Positions 50,009 to 62,000 of a stretch of 62,000 nt of DNA are shown here, one piece after another. The DNA comes from Hyalangium minutum (GTDB lineage: Bacteria > Myxococcota > Myxococcia > Myxococcales > Myxococcaceae), in the NCBI RefSeq assembly GCF_000737315.1, contig NZ_JMCB01000003.1, positions 82,001-144,000 of the forward strand, given 5' to 3'. Made by a program: the position numbers and the translations under genes. Under the pieces are notes generated by a model. It was given only the letters and a program-made list of their open reading frames with translations, was not told where the DNA came from and searched no databases. The first letter of the stretch is position 1, and every line of letters begins with the position of its first letter.

Positions 50009-51178
50009 TCAATGCGCGTTGGGCATGGTCTCGAACGGCCAAGGGCGTGCGGCGGCCGAGGGGCCTCTGCCACCCCCTGTGCGCTGGCCCAGCCAGAGAT
50101 CCGCGATCTGCTGGGCCAGCCGCCACGGTTCGCCGCCAGCACGGTTCGTCAGGACGATGACCGTGAGGTGCTGCGCGGGATACTTCACGATCGCGTTGGT
50201 GAAGCCCGAGGTCTCACCGTGGTGGGAGAGGCGCATACGGCCCTCGTCGTCATCGATGAACCACCCGAACCCGTAGCGCGCGGAGGAGCCATCCGGAAGC
50301 CGAGCGGGAGCCCAAGCGAGCTGCTGAGTGGTCTCAGGGATCAGCGCGTGCGTGTCCAAGGCCTTGTTCCAAGCCAGCAGCTCCACCACGGACGAGTAGA
50401 TCCCTCCATCGCCGAGAACGGCACTGGTGGGGCTCTGGTCCCGAGGACGGAAGCCCTGGGCTTCGGCGACGTAGCCGTAGGCGCGGTGAGGCACCGTCGA
50501 GATGCCCTCTTCGTGGGCGACAGTGGAGTGCATGCCGCTGGGAACGAAGACGCGGTCATGCAGGAAGGAGGCGAACGACATCCCGCTGACCTGCTCGACG
50601 ATGAGGGCGAGCACGGCGTACCCCGAATTGCTGTAGCGCACAGCGGTTCCGGGCGGGAAGTAGGTGTGGTCCACGCGGGAGAGGAGGGCGAGGACATCGC
50701 GATCCTTTACCTGCACGGTCTGGGTGCTGGGGACGAAGTCCTCATAGTCCCAGATTCCCGAGGTGTGATTGAGCAGATGTCGGACGCGGACCTCGCTCAA
50801 GTACGCGGGGAAGCCGGGGAGCACATCCACGACACGGTCGTCGTAGCGGAGCTTGCCCTGTTCGACGAGGAGCATGATCGCCATGGCGGTGAACTGCTTG
50901 GTGAGCGAGGCCAGGCGGTAGTGGGTCTCTGACGTGGTCGGTGTGCGCGACTCCAGCTTCGCCAGACCGTAGGTGCCGCGGAGGACCTCCTGCCCGTTCT
51001 GAATCACGATGAAACTGGCCCCGGGGCTGTCGGGCGAGGCATAGGCGCTGAAGATCGAGTCCACCTCGCGCCGCATGTCATCCTCGGGCGCGGTGGCACT
51101 GAAGGTGGATGCACAGCCAGCGAGCAGGGCACAGAGGGTGAGACTGGATACGGAGGTCGCGAGGGCAGGGGAGTGCAT
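50009..51178 (-). CDS. Serine hydrolase, beta-lactamase class C / PBP-like lipoprotein
   Basis: Lipobox LLAGC, SLTK (SxxK), YSN, HHGETSGF. Confidence 0.88.
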   Translation of the reverse strand: MHSPALATSVSSLTLCALLAGCASTFSATAPEDDMRREVDSIFSAYASPDSPGASFIVIQNGQEVLRGTYGLAKLESRTPTTSETHYRLASLTKQFTAMAIMLLVEQGKLRYDDRVVDVLPGFPAYLSEVRVRHLLNHTSGIWDYEDFVPSTQTVQVKDRDVLALLSRVDHTYFPPGTAVRYSNSGYAVLALIVEQVSGMSFASFLHDRVFVPSGMHSTVAHEEGISTVPHRAYGYVAEAQGFRPRDQSPTSAVLGDGGIYSSVVELLAWNKALDTHALIPETTQQLAWAPARLPDGSSARYGFGWFIDDDEGRMRLSHHGETSGFTNAIVKYPAQHLTVIVLTNRAGGEPWRLAQQIADLWLGQRTGGGRGPSAAARPWPFETMPNAH

Positions 51179-51207
51179 GGGGGCGAAGGGCTACCAGCGG
51201 AGCCCGG

Positions 51208-52263
51208 TCAGGTCAGCAACTGGCCCACTTGTCCAGCCAGCTCCAGGTCAAAGGGATCGAACTCCAGCGAGCCCATGAGGACGGCCATCTTGGGGTCTCT
51301 CTGTCCGGTGGCGATCTGCAGGAAGTCGTCGTCCTTGCTGCGCACCGTCACCCGAGGCGTGCCGTTCAAGCCTTTCTTGACCCACTGCTTCTGCGCGCCG
51401 AGATCCACGGTCCACTGACCGCCATGGTTGCCACTGATATCCAGATGGACCACCGCCCCAATGCTTCGGGCGAGTTCTCGCTTCGTCTCGATGCGCCGGG
51501 GCAGTTCCCGCTCGATCAGCGTGCGCACGGTGAGCGGCGCCTCCGCTTTGGAGGGGGCTTTGTTCGCGGCCGCCTTCTTTGTGGCCACCTTCTTCGCGGC
51601 CGCCTTCTTGGCTGGGGCGGCTTTCCCTAGCGGCTTCTTCTCCACGCTCTTCTTCGTGGCAGCCTTCTTCGCGGACTTTCGTGGCGCGGCCTTGGGGGAT
51701 TCCTCCTCGTCTTCCGCAGGCTCTTCCGAGCCCTGGTCCGCCACGGCTTTGATCTTCTCCTCATTCTGCTTGCGGAACTTGTCGAAGGCGTCTCTGGAGA
51801 AGAGGGAGCTCCCCTCGTCCTTGGCCTTGCGGAACACTTTCTCCAGGTCTTCCTGAGAGGCGTTTGGGTTCTTGAAGTACTCCATGGCCACGCGGCCCAT
51901 GGCCCAGTTGGCGGCGAAGGCGGGGACCACCGTGAGCAGGGCTCCGATGATGGGCAACAAGGCCTTGATGCCTTGCCGCGCCAGGAAGCCGACGCCGGCG
52001 GTGGCGCCCAGCTCGAGGATGAGATCTTTGGCTGAGGCCTTGTCGACCTTCCGGCCATAGATGTGACCGATCGTCATCACCATGCCGGTCTGGATGGGCA
52101 GCATCAGCACTACATCCGAGAGCGGAATGGGCGAGATGGAGACCACCGCAGAGGCATAGGAGCACAGGTTGATGACATCTCGCGCAGCCTGGTCCCTCTG
52201 CGCCACGGATGCCTTGCTGAAGTCCCGCGTCCGGATGTCATCCAGCGTATCGAGCCACGACAT
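51208..52263 (-). CDS. DUF697 membrane domain + Lys/Ala-rich linker + SCP2 lipid-binding domain fusion
   Basis: PIPLSD..LMLPIQ.GMV..IG.IYG (DUF697-like), KKAA repeats, and C-terminal HLDISG..GGQWTVDL...DFLQIATG..DP..AVLMG (SCP2-like). Start at ATG 52263. Confidence 0.7.
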   Translation of the reverse strand: MSWLDTLDDIRTRDFSKASVAQRDQAARDVINLCSYASAVVSISPIPLSDVVLMLPIQTGMVMTIGHIYGRKVDKASAKDLILELGATAGVGFLARQGIKALLPIIGALLTVVPAFAANWAMGRVAMEYFKNPNASQEDLEKVFRKAKDEGSSLFSRDAFDKFRKQNEEKIKAVADQGSEEPAEDEEESPKAAPRKSAKKAATKKSVEKKPLGKAAPAKKAAAKKVATKKAAANKAPSKAEAPLTVRTLIERELPRRIETKRELARSIGAVVHLDISGNHGGQWTVDLGAQKQWVKKGLNGTPRVTVRSKDDDFLQIATGQRDPKMAVLMGSLEFDPFDLELAGQVGQLLT

Positions 52264-52337
52264 GATTTCCCCCCTCCCGTGGGCCCAGCATACCCGCATC
52301 TCGTGCTCGGCAAGGGCCGCGCGCGGTCCAGTGGGGA

Positions 52338-53087
52338 TCAGTCCGTGTAGGCGAAGGCCTTCGGAGGTGTCCCAATCGGAGCCCGGAAGAGCAGGATCGC
52401 CGCGTGCCCGGAGAGGTTGCCCACGGCCAGGTAGATGTCCGGATCCCTGAGGGAGCCCAGCCCCAGCCGTGCCGGGGGCTTGCCGTACTTCTTCTCCATC
52501 TCCGCCATCGAGAGGACCTCGATGTCGTACAGATTCATCAGATCCGTGCGCTTCGTGCGCAGCTGCTTCACCCACGCGGCCACCAGCTCTTCCGGGGTGT
52601 TGTACCGCTTGTCCTCCAACTGGAACGGGTAGGTCAGCTCTCCCGCTGCCCGCCGAGCGTCCCCCGTGATCAGGTTCTCCAGGATGAACCGGGCCTCGGA
52701 CTTCACCTGCTCCCGTCTGTAGGTCTCCGCGTCATCCTTCTTCTCCGGGACTGGGGCTGCGGCAGCCGCCGGAGCAGGTGGGGCGGCCTGTGGCTTTGGC
52801 GCGGGAGCAGGCGCGGCCGTTGGAGCCGGTGCTGCGGCCGCCGGAGCAGGCTTCGGCGCAGGAGCAGGCGCCGCCGGAACTGGAGCGGTCGGCTGGGGCT
52901 CGGCCGGAGGTGGTTTGGCCTCAGACGGAGTCGGCTTCGCCTCCGCCGCAGGGGCAGGGGGAGGTGCCTTGGGCTCGGCTGCCTGAACGGCCGGCGGAGC
53001 CTGGGCCGGCTCGGCGGCTGGCTCGGGCGTCTGAGCGAGAGCAGGTGAGGTGAGGGTGACCATCAAGGCCAGGGTCCAGCGACGCAT
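52338..53087 (-). CDS. Hypothetical secreted protein with a long Pro/Ala linker
   Basis: Signal peptide MRRWTLALMVTLTSPALA, about 90-aa P/A linker, globular C-terminus. GGAGG RBS before ATG 53087. Confidence 0.7.
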   Translation of the reverse strand: MRRWTLALMVTLTSPALAQTPEPAAEPAQAPPAVQAAEPKAPPPAPAAEAKPTPSEAKPPPAEPQPTAPVPAAPAPAPKPAPAAAAPAPTAAPAPAPKPQAAPPAPAAAAAPVPEKKDDAETYRREQVKSEARFILENLITGDARRAAGELTYPFQLEDKRYNTPEELVAAWVKQLRTKRTDLMNLYDIEVLSMAEMEKKYGKPPARLGLGSLRDPDIYLAVGNLSGHAAILLFRAPIGTPPKAFAYTD

Positions 53088-53218
53088 GACACCTCCAAGG
53101 GGCCCGGGGGTTTTACCAGAGCCTTGCCCGGTTGGCCCGGTTCCCTCCGGGGGCCTCCAACACCCCGCGTTATTCACCGCGTGCATGTCCGGCGCGAGGT
53201 TGCTATGGGGGCCCCCCG

Positions 53219-56458
<3,240 letters not shown>

Positions 56459-56512
56459 GACGAGGAGCCACTCCCAATGGCACACTCGCGGGACATTCTC
56501 GGGAGGTGTGCC

Positions 56513-57421
56513 ATGTCGATGTGCGCTCGCGCTGCGCTGCTCTTGGGGCTGATGCTGGCTGCAGCCTGCACCAGCGGCCCCCGGCCGGAGATGGTCCTGG
56601 CCTCGGGCCAGGGGGGACCTTTCGGGCTGACCTCGGATTCGACGTACCTCTACTGGACCAACAGCACCGGTGGGCAGGTGATGCGCATACCGAAGGAGGG
56701 CGGTCCCCCCGTGACGCTCGCCTCTGGCCAGTTCGAGCCTCATGCCATCATCAGCAGCGGGCCCCACATGTTCTGGGCCAATCGGGGTAACCAGACGATC
56801 ATGAGAAAGCTGCTGCCGGGCGGTGATCCTGTTGTGGTGGCCACCGGGCAGCCGGATCTGGAGGGGCTGACGCTGACGGAAGACTTCGTCTACTGGGCCA
56901 GCGGCTCCTCAGTGGTGAGGAAGGCGTCGCTCTCCGACGGGGTTGTCTCCGCGGTGACGGATGTGCCCAGTGGCCCCAAGGATCTCGCCATCAGCGGCAG
57001 CCCGCACATCTACTGGTCCAACGCCGATGGCTCCATCCGCCGCGCGCCGCTGGAGGGCGGGAGGGAAGAGATCGTCGCGAAAGCGGGGCAGAACGCCACC
57101 AGCCTCGCGCTCAATAGCACGCACGTGTACTGGACCACGTTCTTCGGCGCGATCCACCGCGCCCCCCGGGACGGGGGGACCGTGGAGACGCTCGCGGAGG
57201 GGGAAGACCATCCGCGCTCCATCGCGGTGGTGGACTCCTTCATCTATTGGGCGGCGGGCGGCGAGAAGGACGGGGCGATCCGGCGGATGCGCCACTTGGG
57301 CCTCGGCAAGCCGGAGACGTTTGCCGCGGAGCAGGGCGAACCGGCGGGAATCGTTATGGATTTGGAGAACATCTACTGGGTGAACCAGGCGAGCGGCACG
57401 GTGGTGCGTGCGCCCTTGTGA
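56513..57421 (+). CDS. Lipoprotein with YWTD-like beta-propeller repeats
   Basis: Lipobox LAAAC and seven repeats containing (Y/F)W(T/A/S/V)(N/S/T/A), e.g. YLYWTN, FVYWAS, IYWSN, VYWTT, IYWVN. Confidence 0.75.
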   Translation: MSMCARAALLLGLMLAAACTSGPRPEMVLASGQGGPFGLTSDSTYLYWTNSTGGQVMRIPKEGGPPVTLASGQFEPHAIISSGPHMFWANRGNQTIMRKLLPGGDPVVVATGQPDLEGLTLTEDFVYWASGSSVVRKASLSDGVVSAVTDVPSGPKDLAISGSPHIYWSNADGSIRRAPLEGGREEIVAKAGQNATSLALNSTHVYWTTFFGAIHRAPRDGGTVETLAEGEDHPRSIAVVDSFIYWAAGGEKDGAIRRMRHLGLGKPETFAAEQGEPAGIVMDLENIYWVNQASGTVVRAPL

Positions 57422-57482
57422 GCCGGGCGCAACCTTGTCGGTGTCCTGGCGATAATTCCGCATATTCGCGGAGATTGAAAAA

Positions 57483-58460
57483 ATGACCCGGATCAACGGC
57501 TCGCCCACCCCCCTGCGCCTGCGCTCCACTGAGGACTCGGCTCTGCCGCCGGCCTCCAAGCCCGTGGCCACGGCAGCCCCCGCGAAGCTGACGGGCTTCT
57601 CGGGCGCCTCCGGGTTCACTGGCGGCTCCTCCAATCCCTGGGTGGATGGCCCGCACGGCCGGGCTCCGAGCGGCGCTCAGAAGCTGTCGCCCAACGATCT
57701 GGGCGTGATTCCGCAGGACCAGGGCAACACCAACGCGTGTGGCACCACGTCGCTGGCCAATGTGCTGACGCACTGGGGCCAGTCCACCACGCACGAGCAG
57801 ATCGACAAGGACATCCGCGCCTTCGACATGTTCTCGGCGCCGGACAAGATCGTCGACTACGCGAACTCGCACGGCATGCGCGCGGAGATGAAGGTCGACG
57901 CCAGCGTGGATGACATCGCGAAGATGGTCGACCAGGGCGTGCCGCCGATCGTCCTGATGGACCCGGACAGCGACAAGAACCTCAACCTGCACTACGTGAC
58001 GGTGTCCGGCTACAACCGCGACGCGAACGGGAAGATCACGGATCTGGTGATCTCCGACAGCGCGGGCGGCGACCGCTACACGATGCCGGTGGAGGAGTTC
58101 CAGAAGAAGTGGGACGACCTCAAGATGAAGGGCGTCGGCACGGGCCTCAACAACGTGATGATCTCCGTGGTGCCCAACGACGGCCGGAAGATCACCGGTG
58201 GCGACGGGGTGACGCGCAGCGCCTCCGACATCCAGCTGCCCAAGTCCAGCTTCTGGAGCAACCTGAAGTCCAGCGCGGCTCGCGGCGTGGCCAACCTGCT
58301 GGCGAACGTGACCAACGGCGCCAGCAAGGTCTGGGACGGCGTCAAGACGGTGGGCAACGCCATTGCCGATGGCGTCAAGGCCGCAGGCAACGCCATCGGT
58401 AACGCCGCGTCCGCGGTGGCCGATGGCGCCAAGAAGCTCTGGAAGTCGATCTTCGGGTAG
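57483..58460 (+). CDS. Papain-fold C39-like cysteine peptidase with a low-complexity N-terminus and amphipathic C-terminal repeats
   Basis: QDQGNTNACGTTSL (Q...C), LHYVTVSGY (H), ISDS (D). No signal peptide. Confidence 0.72.
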   Translation: MTRINGSPTPLRLRSTEDSALPPASKPVATAAPAKLTGFSGASGFTGGSSNPWVDGPHGRAPSGAQKLSPNDLGVIPQDQGNTNACGTTSLANVLTHWGQSTTHEQIDKDIRAFDMFSAPDKIVDYANSHGMRAEMKVDASVDDIAKMVDQGVPPIVLMDPDSDKNLNLHYVTVSGYNRDANGKITDLVISDSAGGDRYTMPVEEFQKKWDDLKMKGVGTGLNNVMISVVPNDGRKITGGDGVTRSASDIQLPKSSFWSNLKSSAARGVANLLANVTNGASKVWDGVKTVGNAIADGVKAAGNAIGNAASAVADGAKKLWKSIFG

Positions 58461-58472
58461 CTGTGTTTGGCC

Positions 58473-60260
58473 TTACTGTGCCGGGCTGTCTCCCAGCATC
58501 AGCCGCCGGAGGATCGGAACAGGCGGGTAGCCGTAGGAGACGGCTTGGTCGTGGAAGCGCTGGAGCGTGAAGCCCGAGCCCCAGCGGGCCCGCGCGTCCT
58601 CTCGCAGCTCCAGCAGCATCTTCTTGCCCAGCGCGTAGACGAGGTACGTGGGATCTGAGGTGCCCCGGCGCGCCTCGCGCTCGGCGTTGGTGTGCGTCAT
58701 GTACGCCTCCTCCTCGAAGAAGCGCACGGCCTGCTCGTACGTCATCCCCCGCGTGTGGAGCGAGAGCCCCACCACATAGCGCGCCAGGCGCTGCAGGTAG
58801 AGCGCGAGCTGGTTGAGGCGCAGCTTGTCCGCGTTGGGGCCGGTGCCGCCGTAGCCCTGCTCCAGCATCATCTGCTCGGTGTAGAGCCCCCATCCCTCGC
58901 TGAAGGAGCCCGAGCCCAGCATCCGCCGCACCTTCGAGTCCACACGGTTCGTCCACAGGAACTGCACGTAGTGGCCGGGGTAGGCCTCATGGATGGAGAC
59001 GAGCTGCAGCGCGTGGCGGTTGTAGAAGCTCATGTGCTGCTCGGTCTGCTCGGTGTTCCAAGAGGGCTCGGGCGGTGTCACGTAGTAGTAGGCCTCGGTG
59101 GCGCGCGTCTCGAAGGGCCCGGGCATGCTCATGCTGGCGAACGAGAGCGAGCGGTTGAACGCGGGCGTCTCGGCCACCAGGGCGCGCACGTCGCTGGGGA
59201 TGGTGATGATGCGCTGCTCCACGAGGAACTGGCGGATCTCCTCCAGCATGGCGCGCGTGGTGGGCACCAGCTCGGCCGGGGTGGGGTGCTCCTTGCCCAG
59301 CTCGCGGTAGACGTCCATGGGCGCCTTGCCGGGCGCGAGGCGCGCGGCCACCTCGCGGAACTGGCTCTGGGTGCGCTTCAGCTCCGCCTGGCCCCAGGCG
59401 AGCAGGGAGCCGATGTCCTCGGTGACGCCCTCTTCGTACTTGAGCTTTTGTCGGTAGAGCTCCTCGCCGATGGCGAAGTCCCCGTTCGAGCGGGGCAGCA
59501 GGTCCTCTCGCAGGAAGCGGATGAAGCCGTCGATGGCGGCCAGGCAGCGGGCCTGCTCCTGCTTGAAGGCGTCCTGCAGGGCGGCGTCCTTCACGGGCTC
59601 GAAGGCCTTGGGCAGGGTGTCCGCGTAGAGAGCGCGGGCGCCCTGGGCCTGCATGAGGGCGATCTCGGTCCACAGCTTGGGCGGGTTCTTCAGCGTGGCC
59701 TGCGCCGTGGTGAACACGGTGGGAACGCTCTTCATGCGGCTGATGGCCGAGCGCATGCGCTGCTCGAGCGGCGCGAAGTCCCGGTTCACGAGCTGGAAGA
59801 GGGCGAAGGAGGCTGTGTTCAGCCAGGTGTTGGGGTTGCGTTCCCAGGTGCGCAGGGTCTCTTGGTCCAGGATGCGTGCCCGGAGGTGGTTCTCGAGGAT
59901 GTCGTAGTCGGCCTGGTCGAGCGGCGGCAGGGCGGCGCGGTCCACCTTCTGGGGCAGGGCGGCAAGCTCGGCCTTGAGCTGGGCGAGGTAGGCGGCGCGC
60001 TCCTCGGGCGTAAAGCCCCGCAGCTCTCCATCATAGGTGTGGATGCCGGCTTGGGTGGCCTGGGTGGGGAAGCGGCGGAAGGTGTCCTCGAAGTGCGCGT
60101 TTACGAAGGCGCGCAGCGCCGTCTGGGCCGAGGATGGGCTCGTGGACTCGGCAGCCGGGGAGCCAGGGCCCTCCGTCTGGGAGGGCGGTCGCGAAGAGGT
60201 GCAGGCGGAGGACAACAGCAGGAGCGCGGAGAGGGCGCTCCTTGCACGCGGCGTGAACAT
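58473..60260 (-). CDS. DUF885 family lipoprotein
   Basis: Lipobox SSAC, HEAYPGHYVQ, FSEGWGLYTE, and TYLVYALG motif region. Start at ATG 60260. Confidence 0.85.
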   Translation of the reverse strand: MFTPRARSALSALLLLSSACTSSRPPSQTEGPGSPAAESTSPSSAQTALRAFVNAHFEDTFRRFPTQATQAGIHTYDGELRGFTPEERAAYLAQLKAELAALPQKVDRAALPPLDQADYDILENHLRARILDQETLRTWERNPNTWLNTASFALFQLVNRDFAPLEQRMRSAISRMKSVPTVFTTAQATLKNPPKLWTEIALMQAQGARALYADTLPKAFEPVKDAALQDAFKQEQARCLAAIDGFIRFLREDLLPRSNGDFAIGEELYRQKLKYEEGVTEDIGSLLAWGQAELKRTQSQFREVAARLAPGKAPMDVYRELGKEHPTPAELVPTTRAMLEEIRQFLVEQRIITIPSDVRALVAETPAFNRSLSFASMSMPGPFETRATEAYYYVTPPEPSWNTEQTEQHMSFYNRHALQLVSIHEAYPGHYVQFLWTNRVDSKVRRMLGSGSFSEGWGLYTEQMMLEQGYGGTGPNADKLRLNQLALYLQRLARYVVGLSLHTRGMTYEQAVRFFEEEAYMTHTNAEREARRGTSDPTYLVYALGKKMLLELREDARARWGSGFTLQRFHDQAVSYGYPPVPILRRLMLGDSPAQ

Positions 60261-60369
60261 GAGGCCTCTGGGAGGAAGATGCCGCGGGAGCCTCGCCGAT
60301 ATGCGTGGGGCCGACAAGGCGAGGGCGCTCTCTCGGGGTTAATCTCTGGCCCATGCGCTGGAGGCTGCG

Positions 60370-61539
60370 GTGAGGAAGTGGATCGTCCTGGGGATTGTGG
60401 CTGTCCTGGTTGTGGGCACCTTCATCGGGCTGGACGTGGCCGCCACGCGCGCGGGCCGCCGGATGAACGGCGTCCATCCCGGGCCGCCCTACACCCCGAC
60501 CAAGCGAGGCGCCGCGCTGCACTCGCAGCTCTTCATCACGGATCTCCATGCGGATCCGCTGCTGTGGAACCGGGACCTGAACGAGCGCTCGAAGGATGGA
60601 CAGGTGGATGTGCCCCGGCTTCTGGAGGGCAACGTCTCCCTGCAGATCTTCAGCGTCGTCACCAAGACGCCGAAGCACATGAACACCGAGCGCAATGACG
60701 ACACCACGGATGACGTGCAGTTGCTCGCATTCGCGCAGCGGTGGCCGCCGAGCGCTTGGTTCAGCTTGAAGGCCCGGGCGCTGTACCAGGCCCGGAAGCT
60801 GGAGGACTTGGCGGAGGACTCGGACGGCAAGCTGGTGTTCATGCGCACGCGGGCGGAACTGGAGCAGTTCCTTATCGAGCGCCAGAAGGACAGGAACAAG
60901 GTGGGGGCGCTGCTCTCGCTCGAGGGTATGCACGCGCTCGAAGGCAAGGTGGAGGCGGTGGACGATCTGTACGCCGCGGGCTTCCGGATGCTGGGGTTCG
61001 CCCACTTCTTCGACAACGAGGTGAGCGGGTCGGCCCACGGCATGAAGAAGGAGGGGCTGACGGAACTCGGACGCGCCGTGGTGAAGCGGATGGAGGAGCG
61101 GGGCATGACGCTCGATCTTGCGCACTCATCGCGGAAGACCTTCGAGGACGTGCTTGCGATCGCCACCCGGCCGGTGGTCGTGTCGCACTCGGGGGTGAGG
61201 GGCACGTGTGACAACAACCGGAACCTGAGCGACAGCCAGCTCCGCGCCATTGCTCGGAACGGTGGGGTGGTGGGTATCGGCTACTGGAGCACCGCGACGT
61301 GTGGCAAGGACGCGAAGGCCATCGCCCGTGCCATCCGCTACGCGGTGTCCGTGGCCGGGCTCGAGCACGTCGGGCTTGGCTCGGACTTCGACGGGGCGGT
61401 GACGACTCCGTTCGACACCGCGGGCCTCGTGGAGGTGACCGACGCGCTGATCGCTGAGGGCTTCGGGGAAGGGGAGATCCGGAAGATCGCTGGAGAGAAT
61501 GTGCTGAGGGTCTTGCGAGCGAATCTCCCCGCTCAGTGA
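60370..61539 (+). CDS. Membrane dipeptidase (M19 renal dipeptidase family)
   Basis: DLHAD, SLEG, DLAHSS, VSHS, RNLSD, GLGSDFDG. N-terminal TM anchor. Confidence 0.9.
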   Translation: MRKWIVLGIVAVLVVGTFIGLDVAATRAGRRMNGVHPGPPYTPTKRGAALHSQLFITDLHADPLLWNRDLNERSKDGQVDVPRLLEGNVSLQIFSVVTKTPKHMNTERNDDTTDDVQLLAFAQRWPPSAWFSLKARALYQARKLEDLAEDSDGKLVFMRTRAELEQFLIERQKDRNKVGALLSLEGMHALEGKVEAVDDLYAAGFRMLGFAHFFDNEVSGSAHGMKKEGLTELGRAVVKRMEERGMTLDLAHSSRKTFEDVLAIATRPVVVSHSGVRGTCDNNRNLSDSQLRAIARNGGVVGIGYWSTATCGKDAKAIARAIRYAVSVAGLEHVGLGSDFDGAVTTPFDTAGLVEVTDALIAEGFGEGEIRKIAGENVLRVLRANLPAQ

Positions 61540-61548
61540 CGAAGGGGC

Positions 61549-62000
61549 TCAGTTCTCCACGGTGTACGTCTTGCGCAGGGGCTGGCCGTCGCGCTCGATC
61601 TGGAGCTCGATGCGCGAGGCGCCCTTCATGCTGTGGTAGGCCTCCATGGCGCGCATCGGATCATCGAGCGTGGAGCCGTTGATGCGCTGGAGGATGTCCC
61701 CGTTCTTCAGGCCGAGCTTGGCGTAGAGGGAGTCCGGCCTCATGGCGAACAGCTTGAAGCCCCTGGGCTTTCCGTCCGTGAAGGACGGCACCACCCGGGC
61801 CTGCGTGGCGATCTGGTTCAGGTTGGCCAGCGTGTTCTCCACGTCCTGGCGCGCGATGGCATAGGCGTCGGGGCCTGTCTGCCGCAGGGAGGAGCCAAAG
61901 CCCGTGGTGGGCGCGGCCGGAGCCGGTGGAGCAGATGGCATCCCGAGAGCCGCTGGGGCCGAGGTGAGGTCGAGGAGCTCCACCTGGCCGTTGTTCAAGA
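61549..62000 (-). CDS. gspC: Type II secretion GspC-like PDZ domain protein (5' part outside the window)
   Basis: QARVVPSFTDGKPRGFKLFAMRPDSLYAKLGLKNGDILQRING...IERDGQP is a GspC-type PDZ C-terminus. Confidence 0.75.
   Translation of the reverse strand, partial: LNNGQVELLDLTSAPAALGMPSAPPAPAAPTTGFGSSLRQTGPDAYAIARQDVENTLANLNQIATQARVVPSFTDGKPRGFKLFAMRPDSLYAKLGLKNGDILQRINGSTLDDPMRAMEAYHSMKGASRIELQIERDGQPLRKTYTVEN

Noticed and set aside
52700-53040. Pro/Ala-rich low-complexity stretches (also the ends of nfsD and nfsE)
   Set aside because: These are ordinary flexible linkers typical of myxobacterial exported proteins, with no higher-order repeat unit.

Overview
High-GC myxobacterial (Archangiaceae/Myxococcaceae-like) chromosomal window. 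It opens with the D-E-F-G-H end of a Glt/Nfs envelope-machinery cluster, most likely the nfs spore-coat paralog rather than the gliding glt locus. A housekeeping backbone follows (typA, hydrolase, PocR-sigma54 activator, CDF, rsmD, coaD, aspartate aminotransferase, carB). It is interrupted by two accessory stretches (about 8.1-13.9 kb and 23.1-52.3 kb) that contain no recognisable integrase or transposase. The most striking locus is a four-gene minus-strand run at 24.7-30.8 kb. It has a canonical RebB (R-body) gene, a divergent Reb-domain protein, a transglutaminase-DUF2126 ligase fusion, and a class II glutamine-amidotransferase-transglutaminase fusion whose N-terminal Cys nucleophile is replaced by Pro. 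This suggests an R-body-like polymer with its own cross-linking or peptide-modification enzymes. Other notable items: a sigma54-linked SulP/carbonic anhydrase/two-component/mprF-acvB block resembling an acid-response module; an lva/ACAD10-11-like operon; a PEGA kinase plus TPR-PEGA TonB-receptor pair; a class II aldolase-like pseudoenzyme; a heme-c/copper monooxygenase lipoprotein; and a C39-like peptidase with an 11-mer amphipathic tail. No tRNA, rRNA or CRISPR array was seen. All family calls come from motif recognition by eye; no database searches were run.
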